Of a stretch of 64,000 nucleotides of DNA, positions 10,363-20,336 are shown in pieces (the first letter of the stretch is position 1; every line of letters begins with the position of its first letter). The stretch is taken from positions 21,427 to 85,426 of IMG/VR virus record IMGVR_UViG_3300013121_000012. One strand, given 5' to 3'. This DNA is from a virus. Taxonomy: Duplodnaviria > Heunggongvirae > Uroviricota > Caudoviricetes. The notes below the pieces were generated by a model. It ran no database searches. It worked only from the letters and a program-made list of their open reading frames with translations, and was not told where the DNA came from. The translations under genes and the position numbers were made by a program.

Positions 10363-12314
10363 CTCTCAATAATAATCTTGCTCTCGTCGTCTTTCTTGAC
10401 GATCTTTAGAACTTCAACTGGTTTAACATTACTCTTAACATAGTCATCATGACTTACGATATGAATCAGCGTATCGGTTCCGAACTTAGCTAAGATCAAC
10501 GCTATCACTTTCTTGATAGTTGGCTTATCCATACTCGTGAATATCTCATCGAAGAAGATGATATTAGACCCATTGAGATTGATTCGAGTCAAATCAAAGA
10601 TCGACAGATTGATTACGAAGTTGATCTTGTTTCTTTCACCTGTAGAGAATTCTTCCGGAAACATTCCATAGTCATTGACTGTTAATGTCTCTTTCATAGT
10701 AGAATCAAAAGACAAGTCGACCTTACCTTCATACATTGTGCTCATGTTCTTTTGAAGGATAGTATTGAACACTGGAACGATCTGAGATACCAAGTGATTC
10801 TTGATACTGTTCTCTTCTTTCACATCCAGGATCGCATGGAGGATCTCCATGATCTCCTTTCGCTTAACCTTAGCACTTCTATCCTTATATAGGATGGCCA
10901 GTTCACTTGAGTCCTTTTTGATCTCTTCACGATACATTTTGAGATTTGTGGTATCAATAGTAAATGACTTAAGCTGATTGATCTTTTCAGATGCGCCAGT
11001 AATTTCGGCAATGATATTTCTCATCGACTCTTCCGTCTTGCTTTTATCTAACTTCTTACGAAGAGACTCATCAAGAGATATCGCTTTGAACTGCTTATAT
11101 GTGCTTTGATAATCTGCTGATGCTTTTGAAAATTTACTTTCTAGATCTTTCAAGAAGCTCTGATCTTTGACGAGATTTTCTTTGTGCTCGTTTGTATCTT
11201 CGATCCAGCTGTCGATATCTTCTCTGATTTTTGCTTTTTTGTTCTCCCATTCATCTTTATGCTGAATGTGACCGCAATTTTCGCATGATTCTGGTTTTAG
11301 GTTTTGTAGTTCGGTATTAAGGTCCTGGATTCTTTTTTCTTGTTTAGCAATCTTATTTGTACGTTCTGTGATTCGCGACTTCATATCCTTAATGTTTTCA
11401 TTAAGAATACGTATGTCTGATTCATACGCAGTAACAACTTGCTTCAATTCAGCATACAACTTAAGATCATTGGTAATGACAATTGGATCGATCTTGCCGA
11501 ATTTCTTGAGTATTGTTTCTTGTTCTAGGATTGCTTCGGCATTCTCTTTCTTCTTTTGTTTGAGAGCCATGATCTCTTTATCGAAGAAGATCTTAGTCTT
11601 TTCTTTTGTCTTTTCAAGAGATGTGATTTCTTCGTTAAGTCCAGTAAGAACCTTGCGGATCGCAAGTAACTTATTATAGTTGTTGTTCCACAATCCTTGG
11701 AACTTACTGAGTTGGATTATGTTCTCAAATATCTCAGCGCGTTTTGGCGGAGACATTTCTAAGAAGTCCGTCATATCATCACGAGCAAAGAGAATACTCT
11801 TCATGAACGTCTGATGATTGATAAGGATAATATTGTTTATGAGGTCTTGTGTTTCATTCGTCTCGTCACGAGAAAGGTCTTCCCACTCATCTGGCACGGA
11901 CCCATCATCTGTGCCTATCGATTTTTGTTTGTATAAGAACAAACCATTGCCAAGACTTTTGTATTGACGATAACGTTCAATTCGATAGCGAACATTGTTC
12001 GCAGTGAATGTTAACCATCCTTTTACATGCTTACCAGTTTTACGGTTGGCAATTCGATTGAGTTTTATATTCTTTCTTTTAAGGACTTCTCCGAACAGAA
12101 TCCAGCCGATTGCAATCGGAAACGAGCTCTTACCAGCTCCGTTACCAGCTTTGGCCTCTTCCTCTTCGTACTGCTCGGATAGGACAGACGTTCCTTCATC
12201 AAGGTTTTCGCCATAGATCCATCTCACGCCTTTGATTTTGTCGAAGCGCACGACTTGTTCTTCTTCGCCAAAAGAAAGAAAATTCTTGATGCGAAGTTCT
12301 TCGAATGTTAGCAT
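10359..12314 (-). CDS. Rad50/SbcC-family recombination ATPase (gp46-like)
   Basis: Walker A GNGAGKSS, a long coiled-coil with a central CENCGH zinc-hook, and a C-terminal IIFFDEIFTSMD Walker B/D-loop. Confidence 0.75.
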   Translation of the reverse strand: MLTFEELRIKNFLSFGEEEQVVRFDKIKGVRWIYGENLDEGTSVLSEQYEEEEAKAGNGAGKSSFPIAIGWILFGEVLKRKNIKLNRIANRKTGKHVKGWLTFTANNVRYRIERYRQYKSLGNGLFLYKQKSIGTDDGSVPDEWEDLSRDETNETQDLINNIILINHQTFMKSILFARDDMTDFLEMSPPKRAEIFENIIQLSKFQGLWNNNYNKLLAIRKVLTGLNEEITSLEKTKEKTKIFFDKEIMALKQKKKENAEAILEQETILKKFGKIDPIVITNDLKLYAELKQVVTAYESDIRILNENIKDMKSRITERTNKIAKQEKRIQDLNTELQNLKPESCENCGHIQHKDEWENKKAKIREDIDSWIEDTNEHKENLVKDQSFLKDLESKFSKASADYQSTYKQFKAISLDESLRKKLDKSKTEESMRNIIAEITGASEKINQLKSFTIDTTNLKMYREEIKKDSSELAILYKDRSAKVKRKEIMEILHAILDVKEENSIKNHLVSQIVPVFNTILQKNMSTMYEGKVDLSFDSTMKETLTVNDYGMFPEEFSTGERNKINFVINLSIFDLTRINLNGSNIIFFDEIFTSMDKPTIKKVIALILAKFGTDTLIHIVSHDDYVKSNVKPVEVLKIVKKDDESKIIIES

Positions 12315-12355
12315 CTATTGATATTGTATTTGATTAGAGGACAGGACGCTTTTAT

Positions 12356-12688
12356 TTATCGCTCATCCCATATAGCGATGACTTTTTCGGCAGGAAACCT
12401 AAGAGCATTAAGACGATCGAAAGATTCGATCCCTGTTTTTGCGTACTCTTCCGTGATTGCTCTGACGAATATCTTTTTAGACGCTGGATCTTGCCAGACA
12501 TCGAACTTATATATCGTGTCTTGCGGGTAATTACCTACGATGATTGGATTGCCTACTCTGAGAGACAAACCATCAATCAGTTCGATGGCGTGGATCTTTA
12601 CTGTTGCATTGACTTTTTCAACTGTTACAAGTGGATTGTCTTTGAAGACTTTTGCATATCCACCTTCTTTACTGAAGGTCCATTTCAT
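12356..12688 (-). CDS. hypothetical protein
   Basis: ORF lying between the Rad50 and Mre11 genes. Confidence 0.35.
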   Translation of the reverse strand: MKWTFSKEGGYAKVFKDNPLVTVEKVNATVKIHAIELIDGLSLRVGNPIIVGNYPQDTIYKFDVWQDPASKKIFVRAITEEYAKTGIESFDRLNALRFPAEKVIAIWDER

Positions 12689-12910
12689 TTAGTGCCACTT
12701 CTTTCGTCCTTTCCAAAATGGTTTACCGAATATTCCGCCCGGATCAATTTTAACTGCGACCGTTGTAAGATTGTCAAACGTAATTCCGCATCTTTTCTTT
12801 CCGCATTTTGGGCATTCTGCTTTCCCATCAGTCGCTTTCATATCGTCATACGATATTAGTTTTTCTTGGATGTCTCCACAGTCTGGGCACTTGTAATCAT
12901 ATAATGGCAT
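12689..12910 (-). CDS. zinc-ribbon protein (CPxCG x2, FmdB-like)
   Basis: CPDCG...CPKCG motifs. Confidence 0.45.
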   Translation of the reverse strand: MPLYDYKCPDCGDIQEKLISYDDMKATDGKAECPKCGKKRCGITFDNLTTVAVKIDPGGIFGKPFWKGRKKWH

Positions 12911-12934
12911 AATCTATTATATCTTAAGCTGTTT

Positions 12935-13993
12935 TCATAATTTTATTTCAGCCATTATTTCTTCTGGCGTATACTTAAATTTCTTTTCATTCATCTTAAC
13001 AAACTCTTCTATGACTTCATCAGGATCTTTGTAGACGAGATCTTGCCATTCTTGAATCGATGCAATTTGGAAATCATCAGTAAGAGAAGCAGTTGCTTCG
13101 GCTGCTACAAACTTGACGTGATAGTTTTTCTTTTGAAGTGCATACTTCAGTTTCTCAAGAACTGCTGGATCTACATCTGATTTTTTATTGATGCGTATGA
13201 AGTGTTTCTCGAGCTTCATCATCCTTTCAATGTTCTTCTTTGTAAGATCGAGAGTAATGAACTTCGGAGAGAATTCGTTTTCAACGAACTCAAACTTTTC
13301 TGGCTTCGCCGTATCAAAGAACACAAAACCATGATCACCTTCTTCATCACCATGACGAGCTTGAAACGGAGACGAAACATATGCGCAGTTATCTTGTCTT
13401 TGATGAAAGTGAAAATGGCCAAAGAAAGCAAAATCAAACTTAGCGAATAAGTGTTTGTTGATGTTAGTATATTGATCCGTGTAACCGTCAGCTTGCATAA
13501 CGAACCCATTAAGACCAAAATGTCCGAAGAACAGATTTCGTCCCGTTCCCATATTCACGTTCTTTACTATTCGTACGACATCGTCTTCAGCTGTGTACGG
13601 ACATAGATGCAATCGTGTTTGTCCATTATCTATATCAACATATTCATAATCTTTGTCGACGACTTTCGCGAAGGGACGAAATGTTTTGAGAAGATGGATT
13701 GAATGGTCGCGCTTCATGTATGAGTCGTGATTACCTACGAGATAAATAGATTGTTCGAAGTTTTGTGCAGCTTCATATTCCATGGTAAACGTTTTATCAA
13801 GTACTTCAGTAGCTACAACATCCTTAAGATGATAGAAGTCTCCAAGATGGATTTTGATTTTGACTTTTCGGTCGGCACATTCCTTGTAAAACTTCGCAAA
13901 AGCAGGAGCGATATGGTCGTCATAGAACCGCGCATTTTTTCGATGCGCCTTCACATGCGTGTCGCTGTATAGGCCGATCATTGTAGAGCTCAT
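12935..13993 (-). CDS. Mre11/SbcD-family nuclease (gp47-like)
   Basis: Phosphoesterase motifs YSDTH, GDFYH, GNHD and GHFH; upstream partner of the Rad50 gene. Confidence 0.75.
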   Translation of the reverse strand: MSSTMIGLYSDTHVKAHRKNARFYDDHIAPAFAKFYKECADRKVKIKIHLGDFYHLKDVVATEVLDKTFTMEYEAAQNFEQSIYLVGNHDSYMKRDHSIHLLKTFRPFAKVVDKDYEYVDIDNGQTRLHLCPYTAEDDVVRIVKNVNMGTGRNLFFGHFGLNGFVMQADGYTDQYTNINKHLFAKFDFAFFGHFHFHQRQDNCAYVSSPFQARHGDEEGDHGFVFFDTAKPEKFEFVENEFSPKFITLDLTKKNIERMMKLEKHFIRINKKSDVDPAVLEKLKYALQKKNYHVKFVAAEATASLTDDFQIASIQEWQDLVYKDPDEVIEEFVKMNEKKFKYTPEEIMAEIKL

Positions 13994-14224
13994 TGCTTAA
14001 TTGTAGTGCGAGAAATTTTTTGACGCATTGTTTTTGTGCGGCGTTTTTCCCGTGCGTCGCTGTCCCGAAAAAAATACATTAGAGATTGAGAGGGGGAGAG
14101 AGGCTGTTTATCTAACCTTCTTAAATTCTTTTTAACGCCGAAATTTTCCCGAGCCTATTAGGAATATGAATAAATATCGCTAAAAATATGATGTGTTGTT
14201 GTTTATGCGATAGAATGTACTATT

Positions 14225-15313
14225 ATGGCAAACACAAAGCGAGTTTTTATATCACTTGGAGGTGCGGGAAATAACATCCTTGATTCCATCCAAAAGGAGA
14301 CTAGTCTGATTCATGATCATGATGATGCAGTCTATATCAACTTTGCAAAGACCGATATATCGGATAAGAGCAAAGGACAAAAGTGTGTCTTAGATGCTGG
14401 CGGAACTGGACGAGATCCAAACGTCGGTAAAAAGATGGCACAAGAAAATCTTCCAAAGATTGAAAACTTTCTTAAAGCTGTTCTTAAGAAAACAACTTAC
14501 AATGAAATTATTGTCATCGCTTCTTTAGGTGGTGGTACTGGCGCATCTCTGTCGCCTTATGTCGTTGATCTCTTGAGAAATCAAGACATTCCTATTTCAG
14601 TATTCTCTGTGTTGCCTTCTACTAAAGAGGGCGTCAGTACTATGCCTAACGCGATTAAAGCGTTCATGAATATCTATAACAACTACGTGTTGTACGATAA
14701 ACTCAACTCATTCTTCTTATTTGATAATGAGTTCTATGAAAAGTTCGGGAATTACGATTCATTCGACTTCAGAAATATCAATATAGAGATTGCAAAAACA
14801 ATCGAAGAGATTCTTGATGAATCAAAGGTTGCACGCAACTCACAAGGCTATCAATCGCTTGACGTTAATGAACGTAAGCGTGTGTTCTTTTGGGGTAAAG
14901 GTATCAGCGATTATTGCAAGATTCCTCTTAAGAAAGATACGAAAGCTGAAGATGTACGGTATGCATCATACATCTACTCAGACAAATACAAAACAACAAC
15001 AGCAAAAGCAGTCGCAGCACAGGTTCTCTTTAGAAATGGAGTTACGACAGCCGAGAATAATGGGCTTGTTGAAAAAGCAAATGAAATTCTTGGCATGCTT
15101 AAGAAGAATTTCAAAAATTCAGCATTTTACTTTGGTTACACGTTCGATAACAACGAGCTTGAATCAGACATTGAAATACGTCTGATTGTAAGCGGACTTG
15201 ATGTTCCTAAGAGCTTCACATCCGATGCAAAGAAAGCGAGCAAGAGCGTAGGTAAACTCAAAGAAGAAAATCACGACTTCGCAATTACTGATGACATCGA
15301 TCTCAATTTCTAA
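14225..15313 (+). CDS. tubulin/FtsZ-like GTPase (PhuZ/TubZ-like)
   Basis: N-terminal SLGGAGNNI (FtsZ GGGxGNN-like box) and SLGGGTGASLS (tubulin signature GGGTG[ST]). Confidence 0.6.
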   Translation: MANTKRVFISLGGAGNNILDSIQKETSLIHDHDDAVYINFAKTDISDKSKGQKCVLDAGGTGRDPNVGKKMAQENLPKIENFLKAVLKKTTYNEIIVIASLGGGTGASLSPYVVDLLRNQDIPISVFSVLPSTKEGVSTMPNAIKAFMNIYNNYVLYDKLNSFFLFDNEFYEKFGNYDSFDFRNINIEIAKTIEEILDESKVARNSQGYQSLDVNERKRVFFWGKGISDYCKIPLKKDTKAEDVRYASYIYSDKYKTTTAKAVAAQVLFRNGVTTAENNGLVEKANEILGMLKKNFKNSAFYFGYTFDNNELESDIEIRLIVSGLDVPKSFTSDAKKASKSVGKLKEENHDFAITDDIDLNF

Positions 15314-15324
15314 TATAGTAAATT

Positions 15325-15663
15325 ATGATCGAGATCGAATTAGAAAGGATTGATAACTTCAAGAAGAAGTTAGAGTCACTAGCCGAAGAAGCTGGTCTTC
15401 AACCTTCAGTGGAAGCTTTTATGGAGTATAAAGAAAGGGAAACTCAGTATGTTCCAAATGCATACAAGTATTTATTCAGTGCTCCGTTGGCTTTCTTAGC
15501 GGCATCTAAGAGTTTCAAGAAAATGTATGAAAGCTTAGATGTAGATTTTGCAAGAGATCTTGTCGATGCTGATGAATTACGAAGTGCAAAAGTAAGGGTT
15601 CTTACGAACCGAGAATTAAGAGATGGAATAAAGAAAATACTAGGAAAGGAATGCGCGTACTAA
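15325..15663 (+). CDS. hypothetical protein
   Basis: ORF. Confidence 0.35.
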   Translation: MIEIELERIDNFKKKLESLAEEAGLQPSVEAFMEYKERETQYVPNAYKYLFSAPLAFLAASKSFKKMYESLDVDFARDLVDADELRSAKVRVLTNRELRDGIKKILGKECAY

Positions 15664-15672
15664 GAGGAAACA

Positions 15673-16245
15673 ATGGATCTATACATCAGACTACTAGACG
15701 ACAAGACTACGTTCATCGACAATCAAGGTGAAGCATTCTCTTTAAAGAAAAGAAAAAACAACGTAATCAAGAAATTCTATCTACCTATATACTCAACAAC
15801 ATCAGAACTTGAATGGGTGTATGAAGCTCTCGAATTCAAGATGATACCAAGAGGCGAAATACAATTCGCTAACTCGTTGCCACTAAAGATCGTGGCAACA
15901 AAAACACGCAATATCATGTATCAAGATTTCTCTAAGAATTCTTGCTTTATCGTAAGAACGAGAAAGGGTTTGACAAAAAGATCTTTTGATGATATTGTTA
16001 TGGGCGATGAACTTATTGTTTATGATGCCGACAGAAAAGAGATTACATCTGAACAACTGATTGATAAGATGACGATCACAGAGAACGGAGAAGAAAATAT
16101 ACGAGCACTCACTACAGATAAGGGTGAACAACTTCCACTATTCTCCACTGATGATGGAATGAATCATGATGAAGGTAAGATGAGTAATTACATGATTAAA
16201 TCTCAATGGGGTTTTATCATTAATGGAATCTTAATAACAAATTAA
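15673..16245 (+). CDS. hypothetical protein
   Basis: ORF. Confidence 0.35.
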   Translation: MDLYIRLLDDKTTFIDNQGEAFSLKKRKNNVIKKFYLPIYSTTSELEWVYEALEFKMIPRGEIQFANSLPLKIVATKTRNIMYQDFSKNSCFIVRTRKGLTKRSFDDIVMGDELIVYDADRKEITSEQLIDKMTITENGEENIRALTTDKGEQLPLFSTDDGMNHDEGKMSNYMIKSQWGFIINGILITN

Positions 16246-16256
16246 GGAGAACAGAA

Positions 16257-16574
16257 ATGGCGACACCAGTAAATAAATTGGTAAGAAACAAAGAACCAAA
16301 CGTAATCAAAGCGGGCGGACAAAAACCAAAGGTAAAGAAACTCAAAGAGGACGCAGAATACCTCGAAGCGCTTCGCGATAAAATCGTAGATGTAGCAAAA
16401 GAATTCAGTACTCATCGTGTCATTGACTCTTTGGCAGATATGCTTCAGTTGATTGATGACACGGCGAAAGCTATGGGAACATCAGTTGCTGAAGTTAAGA
16501 AAATCAAAACTGCAGTCAAGAAAGAAAAGGGTGGATACTCAGGACGTAAGTTCTTGGTAGAAATCCGTGACTAA
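16257..16574 (+). CDS. hypothetical basic protein
   Basis: RBS aggaga. Confidence 0.35.
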   Translation: MATPVNKLVRNKEPNVIKAGGQKPKVKKLKEDAEYLEALRDKIVDVAKEFSTHRVIDSLADMLQLIDDTAKAMGTSVAEVKKIKTAVKKEKGGYSGRKFLVEIRD

Positions 16575-16776
16575 AAACATCGTTGTTCTGGATAACGAAG
16601 GAACGAAAAAACTCAATGAGTTTAAAGAGAGAGAAAAACAACAGATGATTGATCATTTGAAAAATCTCGCTAAACTCATTGAGGATGGAAAACAAACAAT
16701 CGAATGCCGATATGAATACTCCGCTAGAGACAGAAAGGGAGATCAAGTCGGTACAATAAAGGTTTTTGTCGCATGA
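16567..16776 (+). CDS. hypothetical small protein
   Basis: ORF. Confidence 0.3.
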   Translation: MTKNIVVLDNEGTKKLNEFKEREKQQMIDHLKNLAKLIEDGKQTIECRYEYSARDRKGDQVGTIKVFVA

Positions 16777-17036
16777 AAATAATCTCCGCTCGTGATTTAT
16801 CAAAAGTTTCGTTTGCGAGCGGAGAAGTGGCAGCACGAAAATGGTGGGAAACGAAACATCAGTCTGTAGAAGCATTATTACTTAAACAGGCGAAATTAGG
16901 ATTCAGAGATGTCAAGATATTGGTTCCTGATCCTTATGCAATATTTATCTGTGGAATACTCACAGAATTGGGTTACAAAACAAATACTGGTTTTGTAGTA
17001 GAAGAAAATCAAAGAGAGATAAATGTTATATGGTAG
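16773..17036 (+). CDS. hypothetical small protein
   Basis: ORF. Confidence 0.3.
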   Translation: MKIISARDLSKVSFASGEVAARKWWETKHQSVEALLLKQAKLGFRDVKILVPDPYAIFICGILTELGYKTNTGFVVEENQREINVIW

Positions 17037-17317
17037 AAGATAAAAATGAATTTGGATTGATAGTAGCTGGATTTGCTAGAACAATTTCAGTCGCTAGTGT
17101 CGAATCTGCGTCATATCATTGGATGATGGATAACATCGATAAATTCAATGAAAGAATAATTGAACAATCCACAAAAGGTTTTCGTAGATTGGCAATTAGC
17201 GTGCCAAATGAGTATGTTGGTTTTGTTACAAGATATTTTTGTAGTGCGAAGTATCTTATAGATAAGAATATCGCAAACGAAACAAATGGATTCACAGTGA
17301 TGGTTATAAAATGGTAA
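17030..17317 (+). CDS. hypothetical small protein
   Basis: ORF. Confidence 0.3.
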   Translation: MVEDKNEFGLIVAGFARTISVASVESASYHWMMDNIDKFNERIIEQSTKGFRRLAISVPNEYVGFVTRYFCSAKYLIDKNIANETNGFTVMVIKW

Positions 17318-18267
17318 ATAGAGAAGAAGAAAATTACTTACTCCTAGCAAAAGAAATCATTGCGACTGGTTCTGAACGAATGGACAGAACAGGAGTTGGC
17401 ACAAAAGCTCTCTTTGGTACTCGTCTTGAATTCAGTCTTAAAGACGGAAAATTTCCGTTACTTACTACTAAAAAGATGCACACGAAGAGCATCATTCACG
17501 AGTTACTTTGGTTCTTAAAAGGGTCAGACAACATCCAATATCTTAAAGACAACAAAGTCACGATATGGGACGAGTGGGCAAAAGAAGATGGAGATGTTGG
17601 TCCAATTTACGGCTATCAGTGGAGAAAGTGGAGACAATACAGAGAAATTCCTGAAGGAATCCGTGTTACGTATATCGATCAGATCGCGAATGTAATCAGT
17701 AGCATCATAAACAATCCATCATCACGCAGACACTTGGTTAGTGCATGGAATCCAGCAGATATCGATCTGATGGGACTTCCACCATGTCATTATGCATTTC
17801 AATTTTTCTGCAGAGAAATAGATATTATTGAAAGAGCCATGTTGCTTCAAAAAATAAATGTCAATGCTTTTAACGCACTAAATCTGCATGCTACTAAAGA
17901 AGAATTAACGAATATTCTAGATGATTATAAAGTGCCAAAGAATTACCTATCGTGCATGTTCAATATGAGAAGCATCGACGTAGCTCTTGGACTTCCGTTC
18001 AATATTGCTTCATATGCACTTCTTACTCATATGATTGCTCAGATCACGAACACAGCTCCTGATAAACTGATCTTTATTGGTGGAGATACTCATGTCTATT
18101 CGAATCATGTTGATGGTTTACTGGAACAATGTACTCGACGACCAATGACATTTCCAAAGATTCTTCTAAATCCGGATGTAAGAGACATTGATGAATTCAC
18201 GTTCTATGATTTCAAAATAGAGGGATATGAATCTCATCCTAAAATTGAGTTTCCTATCGCAGTATAA
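17311..18267 (+). CDS. thyA: thymidylate synthase (L. casei-type, with ~50-aa insert)
   Basis: Motifs RMDRTGVGT, LLWFLKG, PCHYAFQF, SCMFNMRSIDVALGLPFNIASYALLTHMIAQ. An in-frame insert lies after the PCH region, so it is not an intron. Confidence 0.9.
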   Translation: MVNREEENYLLLAKEIIATGSERMDRTGVGTKALFGTRLEFSLKDGKFPLLTTKKMHTKSIIHELLWFLKGSDNIQYLKDNKVTIWDEWAKEDGDVGPIYGYQWRKWRQYREIPEGIRVTYIDQIANVISSIINNPSSRRHLVSAWNPADIDLMGLPPCHYAFQFFCREIDIIERAMLLQKINVNAFNALNLHATKEELTNILDDYKVPKNYLSCMFNMRSIDVALGLPFNIASYALLTHMIAQITNTAPDKLIFIGGDTHVYSNHVDGLLEQCTRRPMTFPKILLNPDVRDIDEFTFYDFKIEGYESHPKIEFPIAV

Positions 18268-18272
18268 TAATC

Positions 18273-19061
18273 ATGGAAGAAGCAAAAAAGAAAATAGAAT
18301 TATCCGACATCGATGTATACTTTCTCAAACCGGAAGAAACTAAACTATTATGGGATTTCGACAGTAATGACAGTGGTATCTGGGAAAAGAGAGAAAATTT
18401 TTATAATGGGATAAGAAAACCAGAGCGTCATGTTTTGGCAATCGATATCACAAGACCTTGGTTCTATAATCTATTTAAACCAAAAATAGAAGGAGAGCCT
18501 AGAAGCGACATATATGCTACAACACTATATCTCAATTGCAATCTCCGTCAATTTAACGAATGGATCAAAGCAAAATATTTTGCTAAGTTCGAAGAAGAAC
18601 TTTGTTTGACAGATGCTGAAGAGCAAAATGTAACACTCAAAAAAGTAAACAACGATCAGGCAAATTCAATACGCTTTCTTCAATCAAGAATAAACACTCT
18701 TGAGTCGGAACTAGAAGAGTTACGAGCTAAAGAAACTATTAAGGCTCAAGCAGATAAAAAAGGAATACAAGTCTCAGGACAAGATAGTCTTCAAGATGCT
18801 CAAGAAGTTTTATTCGGTAAACGACAAGAAAAAATACTAGAACCTGAGCCTGATATTGAAGAAGATCCAGAAGAACCACTAGATAAATTTGAAGAGAAGA
18901 TAGAAGAACCAATCACAAATTGGAAAGCAATGTATTTTGCAGAAACTTCTGAACTTAAAAAGAAACTCGAGTTCGTTGATTCACAATTCAAAACACTCTT
19001 AGTTCTCATTACAACAAGAGAAATTCCTGCAGAAAGATTTTTAGATTATCTTAAACAGTAA
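18273..19061 (+). CDS. hypothetical acidic protein
   Basis: ORF lying between td and frd. Confidence 0.35.
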   Translation: MEEAKKKIELSDIDVYFLKPEETKLLWDFDSNDSGIWEKRENFYNGIRKPERHVLAIDITRPWFYNLFKPKIEGEPRSDIYATTLYLNCNLRQFNEWIKAKYFAKFEEELCLTDAEEQNVTLKKVNNDQANSIRFLQSRINTLESELEELRAKETIKAQADKKGIQVSGQDSLQDAQEVLFGKRQEKILEPEPDIEEDPEEPLDKFEEKIEEPITNWKAMYFAETSELKKKLEFVDSQFKTLLVLITTREIPAERFLDYLKQ

Positions 19062-19062
19062 G

Positions 19063-19611
19063 ATGATTAAGTTAATCGCGGCATGTGGTAAAAATGGAGA
19101 GATTGGCAAAGACAATCAACTCCTCTTCAAGTATCCTGAAGACATGCGTAACTTTAAAGAGGTTACGACCGGTCATCATGTTGTTATGGGAAGAAAAACG
19201 TGGGAGTCAATAGGTAAAAAACCACTACCACATCGCGGTAATCTAGTAATTACTAGTTCAGTACCTTCATCGTATCAGAATCTTGATAAAGATAATCCGA
19301 TGAACTACTTGGCTTTCTTTTCACTAGATAGTGTTATGAATGGCCGAGATAGTCTTAGAGAATCACATGGCGTTTACAATAGCGACTATCATCATTTCAT
19401 TATTGGCGGTGGCCAACTTTATGACTACTTTCTAAAGAATGACTTAGTAGATGAAATCATCCTTACTTTAGTACATAAAGATTTTCCAGACGCAGATACG
19501 TTCATAGATTTAGAACTGATAGCAAAACGGTTTGATATTGTTCATGCAGTAGAATACGATAACGCTGAATTCGTTATTGTTACTCTCAGACGTAACCTAC
19601 TGAAAATATAA
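19063..19611 (+). CDS. folA: dihydrofolate reductase
   Basis: MIKLIAACGKNGEIGKDNQLLF...VVMGRKTWESIG...GGGQLY: the DHFR signature. Confidence 0.85.
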   Translation: MIKLIAACGKNGEIGKDNQLLFKYPEDMRNFKEVTTGHHVVMGRKTWESIGKKPLPHRGNLVITSSVPSSYQNLDKDNPMNYLAFFSLDSVMNGRDSLRESHGVYNSDYHHFIIGGGQLYDYFLKNDLVDEIILTLVHKDFPDADTFIDLELIAKRFDIVHAVEYDNAEFVIVTLRRNLLKI

Positions 19612-19614
19612 TAT

Positions 19615-20334
19615 GTGCTACAAAGATTAAAAGTAATATTCGATGTGCTGTTCCCAATACTTAAACCAGTATGGGATATGCTATTCGCAAAGAAAGATCC
19701 ACAGAAAGAATTAGAACAACAGAACTATTGGAACGATCCGAAGATCGATGAAGAATTAGCCGATAGTATTAATAGAAGTCCTGAAAAGGAAGCTATTGAT
19801 AATGCTCTTAATTCTGTATACGCAGAAGAGAAAAAGAATCCTTCTACTCCTCAGATTCTATCATCACCTCTCAAAGGATTAGGCCGTCATGTCACTAGCC
19901 CTTATGGGCCAAGAGAACTTCCTGGTCAGAAACCAAAATTCCATATTGGTACAGATTATGGTATTGAAGAAGGCGGTAAGTGCGTTGCAATCGAAGATGT
20001 CATTGTGCTCAAAGTACTCGACATAGATAAGAAATATCCTGTTCGTTTCAAAAAAGTAAAAGGTGTATGGAAGAACATTGCCCCGGAAGGAAGTGCATGG
20101 ACCCCATATGTAAACACAAAATCACTTCGCGATCCAAACCTTGAATATCATTATAAGCATGTTCGTCCGGGCGTTAAAGCTGGTCAAGTAGTCAAACGTG
20201 GGGAAGTAATTGGTTCGTGCGGAAACTATGGATATTCAATGGGCTCGCATTTACATCATGAGGTGTGGGTAAAAGGAAACCACGTCGATCCAGAAAAATG
20301 GTATAAAAGTATGTCAAAATACTTTGTAAAATAA
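19615..20334 (+). CDS. M23-family metallopeptidase (putative lysin)
   Basis: FHIGTDYG (HxxxD) and GSHLHHE (HxH) motifs. Confidence 0.55.
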   Translation: MLQRLKVIFDVLFPILKPVWDMLFAKKDPQKELEQQNYWNDPKIDEELADSINRSPEKEAIDNALNSVYAEEKKNPSTPQILSSPLKGLGRHVTSPYGPRELPGQKPKFHIGTDYGIEEGGKCVAIEDVIVLKVLDIDKKYPVRFKKVKGVWKNIAPEGSAWTPYVNTKSLRDPNLEYHYKHVRPGVKAGQVVKRGEVIGSCGNYGYSMGSHLHHEVWVKGNHVDPEKWYKSMSKYFVK

Positions 20335-20336
20335 AA

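Noticed and set aside
17311-18267. A group I intron in thyA, as in T4 td.
   Set aside because: The ORF is continuous; the extra segment is an in-frame protein insert of the Firmicutes type.
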